A DNA stretch of 64,000 bases, taken from assembly GCA_965262725.1 (NCBI GenBank), contig OZ253555.1, forward strand, positions 288,001 through 352,000, given 5' to 3'. A program made the position numbers and the translations under genes. Position 1 is the first letter of the stretch. Every line of letters starts with the position of its first letter. This document shows positions 39,575 through 50,023 of the stretch, piece by piece. Source of the DNA: Dehalococcoidia bacterium (lineage in GTDB: Bacteria > Chloroflexota > Dehalococcoidia > UBA2979). The notes under the pieces were generated by a model. That model searched no databases, was not told where the DNA came from, and saw nothing but the letters and a program-made list of their open reading frames with translations.

Positions 39575-40591
39575 GTGATGACGCGAGGCGAGAGCGGCAT
39601 GGAGCAGCGATGGAGGAGTGGGATGGAGCAACTGACGCTGCGGGATCTCATCGGCTACTGGGACTTCCACAACCGCACCGAGGGAAAGTCCCCGAACACG
39701 ATCCGCTGGTACAGCTATGAGCTCGGGAAGTTCGAGCACTTCCTCGTCAGGGAGGGCTCATCGACGCTCATCGCCGAGATCGGCGAACCGCAGGTGCGGG
39801 CCTACATCGCGTACCTGCAACAGAAGCGGAAGTGGGACGACACCGAGTTCTGCCCGACGGCCGAGGAGGGACTCTCGCCCGGCGGCATCCAGAACCGCAT
39901 CCGCGCCCTCAAGGCCTTCTTCAACTGGCTGCACCGCGAGGGCTACACGGAGAGCTACCGCCTCAAGCATCTCGCCAACTACCGCGTCCCCAGCCGGGTC
40001 GTCGACGTGCTGACCGAGGCTGAGATAGGCCGTGTGCTCGCCGCCTGCGACACGAAGTCGGACTGGGGAGCGCGCGCCTACGCGATCCTCACGCTCATGC
40101 TCGACTCCGGCCTGCGCATCAGCGAGGTGGCCGGGTTGCGGACCGCGGAACTCGAACTTGACGCCGGATGGCTCAAGGTTCTGGGGAAGGGCGGCAAGGA
40201 GCGGATCGTGCCCTTCGGCACTGCCACTCAGCGGGCGCTCTGGCGCTACCAGCACCACTACCGACCGGAACCGCTGGGCCCCGATGTCTACTTCTTCCTG
40301 ACGCTCGACGGGCGCCCCCTGGGGCGTAGCGCGCTCACGCAGGCGATCAAGCGCGCCGCGATGCGCTCGGGCGTAACGCGTCTGCATCCTCACCTCTGCC
40401 GACACACTTTCGCGACGCGCTACCTGATCAACGGAGGCGACGTCTTCAGCCTCCAGCAGATCCTGGGCCACTCGACGCTGGAGATGGTGCGTCGCTACGT
40501 GAACCTCGCCTCCGCGCACGTGGCCATCCAGCACCGAAAGTTCTCGCCAATGGACCGGATCGCGGGGATGAGGTCGCGGACCAGCGGATGA
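39575..40591 (+). CDS. Tyrosine recombinase/integrase
   Basis: SAM-like N-domain, DSGLRISE, GKGGKER, HPHLCRHTFA, LGHSTLEMVRRY; exact start uncertain. Confidence 0.93.
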   Translation: MMTRGESGMEQRWRSGMEQLTLRDLIGYWDFHNRTEGKSPNTIRWYSYELGKFEHFLVREGSSTLIAEIGEPQVRAYIAYLQQKRKWDDTEFCPTAEEGLSPGGIQNRIRALKAFFNWLHREGYTESYRLKHLANYRVPSRVVDVLTEAEIGRVLAACDTKSDWGARAYAILTLMLDSGLRISEVAGLRTAELELDAGWLKVLGKGGKERIVPFGTATQRALWRYQHHYRPEPLGPDVYFFLTLDGRPLGRSALTQAIKRAAMRSGVTRLHPHLCRHTFATRYLINGGDVFSLQQILGHSTLEMVRRYVNLASAHVAIQHRKFSPMDRIAGMRSRTSG

Positions 40592-41862
40592 TGGTCACGC
40601 CACGCGTTCTTGTAGCCATCGGCCGGGGTCGGCGGGAACAAGCACGTCGGCCGATGCCGGCGAAACAGTCGCTGGGGGGTGAATCGGCGCTTCCGAGCAG
40701 GCTCCATCACGCCGCGACAAGCCGATCGACGCAACGTGCGTAACCATCGCCGCGTGTCTCGACGGCACTGGACTAGCCCCGAACGTGTCTTGGTCCTCCT
40801 CGTGGTTGCGTTGGCCGCACTGCTCGTGGCGTATGTGGTGGGAAGTTCCTCCGAACCCACACGGGCCGCGAAACCCAACGGTTGTTGAGTTCGCCGCCAG
40901 CCGTCCCAGCCTGTGCCACCACCTCGCCTTGGAGCCCTCTCTGAACCTGATATGACGGGCTCACGTGCCGTTCCGTCCTGACGCATCCTGCTCCGTTGCG
41001 CCACGCATGCCTACGAAATGCCTACGGAGACGAGCCCCCCTTGGTCGCGGCTCTGCCGCTGCCGTCTGTTCTCACCACCGGGCAAACATCGGCATGAGTG
41101 CTCAGCTGTACGTAGCGATGGGTTGTCTGGCGGAGTGCGCTCTCGCTGCACAATGGCGCCCACGCTCGGATGGCCTGGGCGGGGAGCTTGAGTAGATTCC
41201 GGCCCCGCCTGTTGCAACCATGCTGGTCGTTGTCGAATGTGGCGACTCCTCACCGACCCCGACCCCGACCCCAACGGCAACGCCAACATCGACGCGGGTG
41301 CTACCTCCACACTGCCAGGGCGCTAAGCTCGATCCTGCCCGATCCCATGCGGTCCCGCTGAGTGCCGACCAATCCTGTTTGTTCGGCTATTGCCGAGGGT
41401 GGTGTTGTCTTCTGTACCGCCCCGTCCCAGGCCGTACCACCCAACATGTACCCAAGATGTACCCACCGAAGCGGAACTGACCGGCCCCGGACGGCGGGCC
41501 ACTTCTCATGAGAGTCCAACGACGTGCTGTTCGTGCGATCGCCCGTGGCCACCCAGGCTCCAGAGTTGCGCGGCAATTACCTCAAGGTCCAAGGAAGTCG
41601 TGCGCGGCTTTCAAACTGGCGGGCAGAGCTCAAGCGGGCCGCTCGGCTGGCGCCCGTGGGACGTGGCGAAGATGAAGTCGTTTCGTGTGTCCGAGTTCAC
41701 CTTCAAGGGTAGCCGCCCTGGCTATGTCCGGGGTGACTCGGATATGCACCCCGTGCACTGCGAGTTCTAGATCGTATGGAGCGCCTCACTCCAGTTCACT
41801 GATGTGGTTTCTGCGTTGAAGGCAGAGCCGGATCAGGGAGGGAGGAGGCATGCAGGAGCAAG

Positions 41863-42095
41863 ATGACGCACGTGGGGATGGATGTGCACGCGCGCACGAT
41901 CCGTGTGGCGGTGCTCGCTCCGGGAGGAGTGCAGCGGGAGGAGTGGGGCCTCGCGAACGAGCCGAGGGCGGTGGCCAGACTCGCCAGGCGGCTCCTGCGC
42001 GACGCGCCGGGCCGGTCCGTACTACGAGGCGGGCCCCACGGGCTTCGCCCTTGTGCGTACACTCCAGGCGAAGGGGATCGACTGCCGGGTAGTAG
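41863..42095 (+). pseudogene. IS110 transposase N-terminal remnant
   Basis: HVGMDVHARTI, then frameshifted YEAGPTGFALVRTL...GIDCRVV. Confidence 0.75.
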
Positions 42096-42272
42096 AGCTG
42101 TGCAGAACAGGCTGCGCAAGGCAACACGTATCGGTCCGACCCGTTACCATGATCTCGTGAAATGTACGATGAACGATGTGCAATTCGCAGAGCACGCTCG
42201 CAAACAATGGAGAAGGAAGTTTGAGTAGGTGAATCAAGTGAGCCGCACAGCAAGGGACTAGGGAAACTTACA

Positions 42273-42470
42273 GTGAGCAAGACGACGGTGACTATACTCG
42301 TGTATGTAGAATCTGATGATCCTTGGACTGCACCCACCATCAGGGGTGATGGCGGTCAGTACTTCTCCCTTCCAGGCGCCTCTTTCGAGGAAACAGTCGG
42401 CGCACTCCGTGAGGCAGGCTTTGAGTCTCACCAAGGGCCGCAAGCGAAGCGGATTCCCTCGCCACACTAG
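42273..42470 (+). CDS. Small hypothetical protein
   Basis: 65-aa ORF in lower-GC DNA with plausible composition; no motif. Confidence 0.35.
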   Translation: MSKTTVTILVYVESDDPWTAPTIRGDGGQYFSLPGASFEETVGALREAGFESHQGPQAKRIPSPH

Positions 42471-42721
42471 AGTCCACATGCAGCTAGGTGGTGATATTCC
42501 GTAGAGCTGAAGAGGCAGCGGCCAAGGGAGTATGGAACAGATATTTGTCGCGCTATAGCGGCAAGGGACCGGCGTCCGATGCGACTCCCGGTCCCCTAGG
42601 CTCGCGGCTCGTAGGAAGCTGTGGATCGGCAGAGACGAGTTGGTGAGAACGGGATTGACTCTCGCTTACCTGGGCCCGTTCTCCCCGTCTAAGACGCGAC
42701 CCCGGTTGTCGAGCGATATAC

Positions 42722-43400
42722 TACAAAGCCTGGGAGGACGACTTCGCGAGCGACCCGCTGCTCGCGATCATCGCCCAGGTCCGCGAGCGCCTCGGCGAGG
42801 GCTTCGCGGAGCGGGTTCGGAGCGTCGTGGAGGCGGCGGGCGCTCTGCTCTACCAGGCGGTGTCGGCCGCCTCGCTCCTCGGCGCCGGGATATCCCTCCG
42901 GCCGCTCCCGGCGGAGAGCGATCGCTCCGCCTCGGAGAGGCTCGACACCTACGATGCGAAGAGGGCAGCGACGGAGAGGCTCAGGGAGACTCTGCCGTGC
43001 CTAGCGTCCGACGTCCGGGAGGAGACCGCCCACCCGCTCGTCTTCATCATCGGCGAGCTCGACCGGTGCCGGCCGACCTTCGCGATCGCGCTCCTGGAGC
43101 GAGTCAAGCACATCTTCGACGTGCCCGACGTCGTCTTCGTGTTCGGGGTCAACCGCGTGGAGCTCACGCGCTCGGTGGAGTCGGTCTACGGCGCGATCGA
43201 GGCACGGACGTACCTCCGGCGCCTCTTCGACATGGAGTTCGTGCTCCCCGATGCCGACCCGATGCGGTTCTGCCTCTACCTGCTGCACCGCTACGGGCTG
43301 GACGCCTTCTTCTACGAGCTGAGCACCCGGGCGTCACCTCACCGAGTTCGAGACGATCTTCGAGTACCTGCCCGTGGTGGTCGACGACCTGGGTCTCTCG
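42722..43400 (+). pseudogene. KAP-family P-loop NTPase fragment
   Basis: YKAWEDD..SDPL, PLVFIIGELDRCRPTFAI.LLE.VKH.F, YLRRLFDMEFVLP; Walker A missing and Walker B Asp changed to Gly. Confidence 0.75.
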
Positions 43401-43816
43401 CTTTGCGGGGACATGACCACTGCGGGCCGAGTTGCGGCCCGTACCTCGAGGCCGAGGCGATCCGTGTCTGAGGACCGGGCTTGGGACCTGTATAGGCGCG
43501 CCGCTCGAATCCTGGAGGGTTGCGTATCGCACGCACGGGGTCGCTTCATCGACTGCGCGAGGAATGGTGAGTGCGACTCCGAAACGGGTAGAGAACCTCC
43601 CCGCCGGCCGTCGCCACGAGTTCAACCGGGACTCCGAACACGGGCTCCAGCACCGAGCGGCCTCCGACGACCGCAAGTCCCAGAGGTCATCCTCGGCTGA
43701 CGAAACGGAAAATGCGCATACACATCTTGACAGGTCAGTCCTCGCCCGAAGACCATAGTAATTCCGCCATAGGGCGGCCTTGTCGGGGCCGCTACCGGGC
43801 GCACGGAGCCAAAGCA

Positions 43817-43978
43817 ATGCAGAAGCTCGATGCAAACGCGCTAATGCGAGACGTACTCACCGAGCTTGAAGACCTGCCCGAGGGTCTTGAACAAGATGTG
43901 CTGGCACTGGTGGATTCGGCTCCAACTTCACGGTGGGAGAAGCTGCGGGACCTCTTCTTGGATGTGTCGCGTGACTGA
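43817..43978 (+). CDS. Small acidic protein (53 aa) overlapping the start of the downstream ATPase
   Basis: ATG after GGAG; its stop overlaps the ATPase start (GTGACTGA). Confidence 0.55.
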   Translation: MQKLDANALMRDVLTELEDLPEGLEQDVLALVDSAPTSRWEKLRDLFLDVSRD

Positions 43979-46262
43979 ACGAATCACATCGATCGCTCTA
44001 CAAGCCTTCCGTGGTGTTCGGGCAACCCTATCCATCGATTTGGCGCCTGGGCGCAGCTGCGTACTCCTAGGAGACAACGGAACGGGGAAGAGCACGCTAG
44101 CCGATGCGATCGAATGGTACTTCAATGGTCGAATCGCATTCCTCGCGAAGGAAGGCCGCAGCGAAGGTATTCGGCATCGGGGAGCATCGAGTGACCTCGT
44201 CACCAAAGTCAAAATCTGCACTAACGGATCACTAGGCGGAGTCGCTACTCCGGACACTTCCGCACGTCCGGCAGTGTTGAGTGTTGGACGTTCAGAATTG
44301 ATGATTCTCCGGGGTCGTACGCTTGCCGACTTCGTGGACAAGACGAAGGGGGAGAAGTGGAAGGCTTTTTCGGAACTGTTGGGGCTCGAGGCTATCGATC
44401 GGGTACGCCTCGATCTGCAAAGGGCAAGGAACGATCTAGACGACCAAGCGCAGCGTGCGAGCACTGAACTCTCTGAGAAGCGAGCGGTCTTAAGCGAGAT
44501 GGGCACGGGCGCGTCGGAGGAAGGCGTCTATTCCGCGATAGTCGCAAAGTGCGAGGCGGCCGGCGTCCGGTCACCTGACACTCTCGACCAAGCTCTCACT
44601 TCCGAATGGCGCAAGACCGCTGTGCCCGATGGTTCCACGGAGGAGCGCGTAGTTGCCCTGCGAGGCCTGCTGGCAGAATCGCGCGAAGCCGCGAAGAAGG
44701 CGATTGCGTTGGATCGGGTCGAGGACTGGAACGAGTTCGTCAGTAGGGAACGCGGAGACCAACTCCGTCTAGGCGTCTACAGGGCAGCCGACTCTTTGCT
44801 GCGCTCAAGCCACGCCCGAGATGGAGAGTGTCCGCTTTGCAAACAGCCACTTGGTCTCATAGTGCTTCGTGAGAGTGTGGCTACGGAGCTCCGCGAACTG
44901 GAAGGTGCAGCTGAAGCGCTGGAAGCCGAGCGACGGACGGCCCGCGGCCTTGTCGAGGCTCTACGCGAGGCCGCGCAGCGCCGAGCACGCATCGTCAGCC
45001 GCGCACTCGCACAGGGAGTGAGACTGGCACCGCCGCCCACGGTTTCGCACGATCACCTTGCTCGGAGCATCGATGAACTCTCTGAGATCGACCGCTCGGT
45101 TATCGAACCATGCCTAAGTGAATCGGCCACTTGGGATCGCGAGGTGCTAGTGGCGCTGGAGGCAGCGATCCCTGCGCCCCACGGCGGACACGATCAAGCT
45201 CTGATCGCTCTTGGAGCGCTTCTCGTTGCGGCCACTGCATGGCGCGACGCCGTGCGTCGTGACACTGCGTCCAGTGCCGCGCTGAAGCTCGCCGACCGCG
45301 TCTTCGGCCACTATCAGGCCAAACAGCACGAACAATTCAGGCAGGTCATCGCTCGGATCGCCGGTCGAGTGGCGGAGATCTACCACTTCCTGCATCCGGA
45401 AGAGGGGATCGGTGCAGTTACCATAGAGACTGTTGGGGCCAAGGGAGCCGAGCTAGCCGTCGAGTTTCACAGCAAGAAGGAGATGCCGCCGCATCGTGTC
45501 TTGAGTGAATCGCACCTGAATTCGCTAGGCATTGCGCTGTTTCTTGCGATGGCCGAGACGTCGAACGACCAGATTGGCTTCCTGGTACTGGACGATGTCG
45601 TCAATAGCTTTGATCGCGAACATCGCGGGCGCCTTGCGGAGTTGCTAGTCGACCAATTCAGTGAGACCCAGTTGATTGTCCTTACTCATGACGAGCAGTT
45701 CTTCACTCGGATTTCTCTTAGAGCGCCATCTTGGGTCCACGAGCGGTTTACTTCTTGGTCATACAACGATGGTCCGCGTACACAGCGCTACACCGGAGAT
45801 CGAATGCTCATGGAGGCGAACGAAGCACTAGAAGGCGGCGACCGCGCTGGTGCAGCGCAGAAGGGGCGGCGAGCGCTCGAGGAGCTACTCCAGGAAGCAT
45901 GCGAACGGTTGGAGGCGCTGCTCCCGTTCCGGAGGGGACAGCACAACGATCTTCGACCGGCCGTAGAGGTACTCGGCGGGCTTCGGAGAACCCTGAAGGA
46001 TCGCGCGAGATCGCTATACGCCCAACTCAACCCGCTACTACAGCACCTCGAAGCAGATCTGCAGGCCAGCCTTAATGTGGAATCTCACGCCAGCCCGGGA
46101 AGCACATCCAGTCAGGAAGTTCGCGACGCTCTAGTGCGGATCGCCGAGCTCCGTGAGTCGTTCACTTGTGCAGAGTGTGGTACGCGCGCCTGGTACGCCG
46201 GCTCGCCCGATGCATCGCGATGCAAGTGTGGTCAACATCAGTTCCCACCTGTGGACAGTTGA
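43971..46262 (+). CDS. Rad50/RloC-like ABC ATPase with zinc hook and C-terminal Cys cluster
   Basis: QAFRG, GDNGTGKS, coiled coil with CPLC, LSESH, LVLDDVVNSFD, LTHD, tail LNVESH and CAEC...CKC. Confidence 0.8.
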   Translation: MTERITSIALQAFRGVRATLSIDLAPGRSCVLLGDNGTGKSTLADAIEWYFNGRIAFLAKEGRSEGIRHRGASSDLVTKVKICTNGSLGGVATPDTSARPAVLSVGRSELMILRGRTLADFVDKTKGEKWKAFSELLGLEAIDRVRLDLQRARNDLDDQAQRASTELSEKRAVLSEMGTGASEEGVYSAIVAKCEAAGVRSPDTLDQALTSEWRKTAVPDGSTEERVVALRGLLAESREAAKKAIALDRVEDWNEFVSRERGDQLRLGVYRAADSLLRSSHARDGECPLCKQPLGLIVLRESVATELRELEGAAEALEAERRTARGLVEALREAAQRRARIVSRALAQGVRLAPPPTVSHDHLARSIDELSEIDRSVIEPCLSESATWDREVLVALEAAIPAPHGGHDQALIALGALLVAATAWRDAVRRDTASSAALKLADRVFGHYQAKQHEQFRQVIARIAGRVAEIYHFLHPEEGIGAVTIETVGAKGAELAVEFHSKKEMPPHRVLSESHLNSLGIALFLAMAETSNDQIGFLVLDDVVNSFDREHRGRLAELLVDQFSETQLIVLTHDEQFFTRISLRAPSWVHERFTSWSYNDGPRTQRYTGDRMLMEANEALEGGDRAGAAQKGRRALEELLQEACERLEALLPFRRGQHNDLRPAVEVLGGLRRTLKDRARSLYAQLNPLLQHLEADLQASLNVESHASPGSTSSQEVRDALVRIAELRESFTCAECGTRAWYAGSPDASRCKCGQHQFPPVDS

Positions 46263-46750
46263 TCTTGTGGCCTGCCCCAAAGAGCAATGGCGGCTGTCCA
46301 CCGACTCCGCCAACTTGTGCTATATTCGCACATGGGCTCCCTAACTCCCTCGCAGTCCCAAGAGGTTCGTTTCGTGCCAATCGCACCCCTTCCGGACTGG
46401 CAGTCCGTCGGAGCGCGCGTCGCCCTCGCGCGACGCACTCTCGGACTCACCCAAGCCGAGCTCGCCGCACGCGTCGAACTCGGCCGATCAGTGCTCGCGA
46501 AGGTGGAGAGGGGCGCTCGCCAGCTAAGCTCGAATCCACCGAACGAAGCTTGACGAGGCGGGGTGCCGGGCTGCCGGAGAGTTCGACGGGTGTGTCGGCG
46601 TTCGCCGGGCGGCGCCGGGGGCGGGCCGGAGCCAGGAGCCGTCGCTCAGCACCGCTCGGGGGCGCTGAGGGTGCGGGCGCGAGGGTGCGCGAGGCGTGGG
46701 CGGGCATGCTGGCGCGAGCTTCGGCTCCGGTTCGGCGCTGTGAGCGGGCG

Positions 46751-48076
46751 TCAGGTCGGGAGCGGTATCGCCCGTAGTCGCGCGAGCGCGGCTGCCAGCT
46801 GCCCGGCCCAGGGCCAGCGCTTCGGGAGGTGCAGGGTCCACCGCCGGGCAGAGTGGGTGAGCCGTCCGGCGAGAGAGAAGTAGCGCCGCCTGAGCGTCCT
46901 GGTCGTCACGATCCCCTCGCCGAGCCCGAGGCGTGCCGTCCAGCGGGCGAGGTTGTGCGCGATCACCTGCACCGCGAGCCACGCCGCGTTCGCGGCGAAG
47001 CGGCCCGAGGGGAGATGGTTCAACCCGACGCCGTACTTGAGGTCGCGGATCGCGTTCTCGATCTCGGCGTGACGGCGATGGTCGGCCTCCAGCTCCATCA
47101 TCTCCCCCGCGCGATCGGTGATGAAGGCGTGGTAACTGTAGTTCACGAAGAGCGCGAGCTGTGAGCCGGGCGTCGGCTTGACGCGCCGCACGATGAGCCG
47201 CACCGCGGTGGCGTCCCTCGTGTGCTGGAACGGCGTGTAGGTCGTCTCGGCGACAGCGGCGCCGCCCGCCAGCCAGTACGGGATCGGCGTCCAGTCCTCT
47301 TCCGGTATCGCCTCGATCAGCCGGCGTACGTTCGGCTGCTGGCGAATGGTGATGGAGAAGCGGACATCCTGCTTGCGACAGACGGCGACGACAGCGTGGT
47401 TGTAGAAGCCGCTGTCGGCGCGCACCGTGAGCTGCCCGCTCGCCCCGGCGTCGCGCACCCGGCCCACCGTCTCACGCAGGAAGTGGGCGGCCCCCCGAGC
47501 GGTGTTGGCACGGCCCCCGCGCAGCCGGGCCATCAGCACCTCACCCGTCCCGGCCGCCACCGCGAGCAGCGGGTGATAGCCGCGCACGCCCGTGTAGCCG
47601 TGGTGCCGGGCGCCCTCTTTCGCCAGTCCGTAGGTCTCGCAGAGCGTCGAGTCGAGGTCGATCGTGAACGGTGCCGCGCCGGGTCCCGCCCCGGCCGCCC
47701 AACTGCGGGCCAGCAACTCGCGGCTGACGCGGTCGAGCTGGCGGACGTGGCCCCAGCGGAAGCTGCGCAGGAACGTCCCGAGGGTGGACGGCGCCTTCAC
47801 CGTGCAGCCGAGCACGCGCCCGGCGCCGCCTGAGCGCATGGCATCGGCGTCATCGATGCAGTCGCCGCCCGCGAGCGCCGAGGCGATGAGAGTCATCAGC
47901 TTGTCGCCGACGTTCGCCCGCCCCGCTGCGTCACCGAGGTCGAGGTGGGCGTCTGCCAGTTCACGGAGGCCGAGCCGGCCAGCGAGCGTGGCCGGGAGCA
48001 GCAGGCCCGCGTGGTCCACGAGGCGGTCGTCGTCGAAGGCGATGTGTATCCGGTCGGGGCTGCTCGTTGCTAACAT
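46751..48076 (-). CDS. IS1380 transposase (intact, 441 aa)
   Basis: Same motifs as the other IS1380 copies, uninterrupted. Confidence 0.93.
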   Translation of the reverse strand: MLATSSPDRIHIAFDDDRLVDHAGLLLPATLAGRLGLRELADAHLDLGDAAGRANVGDKLMTLIASALAGGDCIDDADAMRSGGAGRVLGCTVKAPSTLGTFLRSFRWGHVRQLDRVSRELLARSWAAGAGPGAAPFTIDLDSTLCETYGLAKEGARHHGYTGVRGYHPLLAVAAGTGEVLMARLRGGRANTARGAAHFLRETVGRVRDAGASGQLTVRADSGFYNHAVVAVCRKQDVRFSITIRQQPNVRRLIEAIPEEDWTPIPYWLAGGAAVAETTYTPFQHTRDATAVRLIVRRVKPTPGSQLALFVNYSYHAFITDRAGEMMELEADHRRHAEIENAIRDLKYGVGLNHLPSGRFAANAAWLAVQVIAHNLARWTARLGLGEGIVTTRTLRRRYFSLAGRLTHSARRWTLHLPKRWPWAGQLAAALARLRAIPLPT

Positions 48077-48249
48077 CGAATGGGTGCTCCCTGTGGCTGT
48101 GACGTGATTCGGTCAAAAACCATTGTCCCAGCTACAGCGGAGCACCCAACCCCAGCCGCTCGCGCACTCTTCTTCGGTTCGCGGTAGGGATGCCGGTTGC
48201 CCGGCACCCCCCGCACAGATCCGGACGTGCCCTCTCGGGCATCCGGCTC

Positions 48250-49578
48250 CTACCTCAAGTGCGTGACGGCAAATCGCTCCGCAGGCCACGGGTGAAGGAT
48301 GGAGATTCGGGGCCAGTGTTTCTGGCACAGGGCAAGGATGCGCTCCCACGTGAAACGGTCGCGCTGCGACCGCCGTCGGAGAACGCGCAGCCAGAGCCGC
48401 TTCACGAAACGAACAAACTGCGTGAGCGCCGGCGAGCTGGTCGGCACCGCGTAGTAGCCAAGCCACCCACGCAGTACCCGCCCCAGCCACTGCCCCGTCG
48501 TCACGGGGTTGTCGTGCATGCGCCGCCACAACTCGGCCTTGATGGCCTTCAGCGTCCGGCGCATCCGCTTCGCAACGGGCTTGCGCCCCAGCCCGAATCT
48601 CCCGTCGCGTCGGGTCCGGCAGTAGTGCGTCATGCCGAGAAAGTCGAACGTCTCCGGTCGGCCCTCCCCGCGCTTCCGCCTGTTCGCCAGCGCGAACCTG
48701 CCGAACTCAAGTAGACGGGTCTTCTCCGGGTGCAGCTCCAGCCCGTAGGCCGCGAACCGCTCCCGGAGTGCCTTCATGAACCGCACCGCATCGCTGCGGT
48801 GCTGGAACCCCAGGACGAAGTCATCGGCATACCGCACGATGTACGCCTCGCCCCGGACCTCCCGCGGTCGCCACTCGCGCGCAAACCAGTCGTCGAGCAC
48901 GTTGTGCAGGTACACGTTCGCAAGCAGCGGCGATATCGGCGCCCCCTGCGGCATCCCCCGCACGAAATCGACTTCCGGCTCCGCGTCCATGACGCCGACG
49001 CTCAGCCACTTTCGTATCAGGCGCAACACCCGCTGGTCCCCGATGCGCATCTCCAGAAACGACATCAGCCGCCCCCGGTCGATGCTGCCGAAGAACTCCC
49101 GGATGTCCACCTCGACAATCCAGCTGACCTTGCGCCGTTCGACCGCGTAGGCCAGTGCGTCCAGCGCGTCATGCGCCGAACGCCCCGGCCTGAAGCCATG
49201 CGAGAAGCCGTAGTAGCCCGACTCGTAAATCGGGTTCAAAAGATTGTCCACCACCGCCCGCTGAACGATCTTGTCCTCCAGCGAGACGATACCGAGCGGC
49301 CGTATTCCCCCGTCCGGCTTGGGTATCTCTACCCGCCTGACGGGCTTCGCCCGGTACGCTCCACGGTGTACGCGGCCATGCAGGTCGAGCAATCGCTCGT
49401 CCAGCCCGTCCCCGTATTCTCGCCACCTCACCCCGTCCACGCCCGGAGCCGCATCCCGCTTCAACGCGAGATACGCCTCCCGCAGCGCCTCCGGCGTGAT
49501 GTGGTGCAAGAGCGCGGTGAGTTTCTCTCCCGGCTTCCGTTCCACGAACTGCCGTATCCTCTCCGCTCCGGGTGACAC
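48250..49578 (-). CDS. ltrA: Group II intron RT/maturase (class E-like, no endonuclease)
   Basis: LTALLHHIT, AAPGVDG, RPLGI..LEDKIVQ, PQGAPISPLLANVYL, YADD, FDFLGMTHYC, GWLGYYAVP. Confidence 0.92.
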   Translation of the reverse strand: MSPGAERIRQFVERKPGEKLTALLHHITPEALREAYLALKRDAAPGVDGVRWREYGDGLDERLLDLHGRVHRGAYRAKPVRRVEIPKPDGGIRPLGIVSLEDKIVQRAVVDNLLNPIYESGYYGFSHGFRPGRSAHDALDALAYAVERRKVSWIVEVDIREFFGSIDRGRLMSFLEMRIGDQRVLRLIRKWLSVGVMDAEPEVDFVRGMPQGAPISPLLANVYLHNVLDDWFAREWRPREVRGEAYIVRYADDFVLGFQHRSDAVRFMKALRERFAAYGLELHPEKTRLLEFGRFALANRRKRGEGRPETFDFLGMTHYCRTRRDGRFGLGRKPVAKRMRRTLKAIKAELWRRMHDNPVTTGQWLGRVLRGWLGYYAVPTSSPALTQFVRFVKRLWLRVLRRRSQRDRFTWERILALCQKHWPRISILHPWPAERFAVTHLR

Positions 49579-49779
49579 CGCACCCCGACTCTGCGTCCGG
49601 ACCGTGCCGGTGCTTTGAGGATTCCTCTCGGTTGGGGCCCTTTGCTCCAGCGACTCCGCCGGGGCTCGCGCCCCCTTCTATGAGGGTCGTCTGATCCGCA
49701 AGGCCGACGTGGCGGCCTTCTGCGCCGTTCTACCGATCGCGCCTCCCGTCCGCAGCCCTGTGGTGGTTGTCGGTGCCGA

Positions 49780-50010
49780 TGCGAGTGGTGCCGCCGTCTT
49801 GTCCCCGGGACGTTGTGGTGACCGTGCTTCTATTCGCACTCGTCGAGGGGCCGCTCCGGGCCCGGTGCATGATGATCAGCCTGTCTCCAGGGTGTGGGCG
49901 CTGCCATCTTGTTCCCGTCCTCGTTGGGACCAGGGGGTTCCGCAGTCGCCCGCGTGTCGGCATCTCTCGTATCCTCCGAAGCCCACCGGCCGCCCGGTCG
50001 CCTCGCTCCT
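49780..50010 (-). ncRNA. Putative bridge/seekRNA of the IS110 element (ends approximate)
   Basis: Contains segments matching the target halves (AGGGGG 49932, CTTGTTC 49908) and donor-junction halves (GATGA 49871, CTTCTAT 49827). Confidence 0.7.
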
Positions 50011-50023
50011 CGCGTGCTGTCTG

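Noticed and set aside
40600-41800. Short ORFs after the integrase (TM segment, CGDSSPTPTPT)
   Set aside because: Look like decayed membrane or lipoprotein fragments; no coherent frame or RNA structure I can support.
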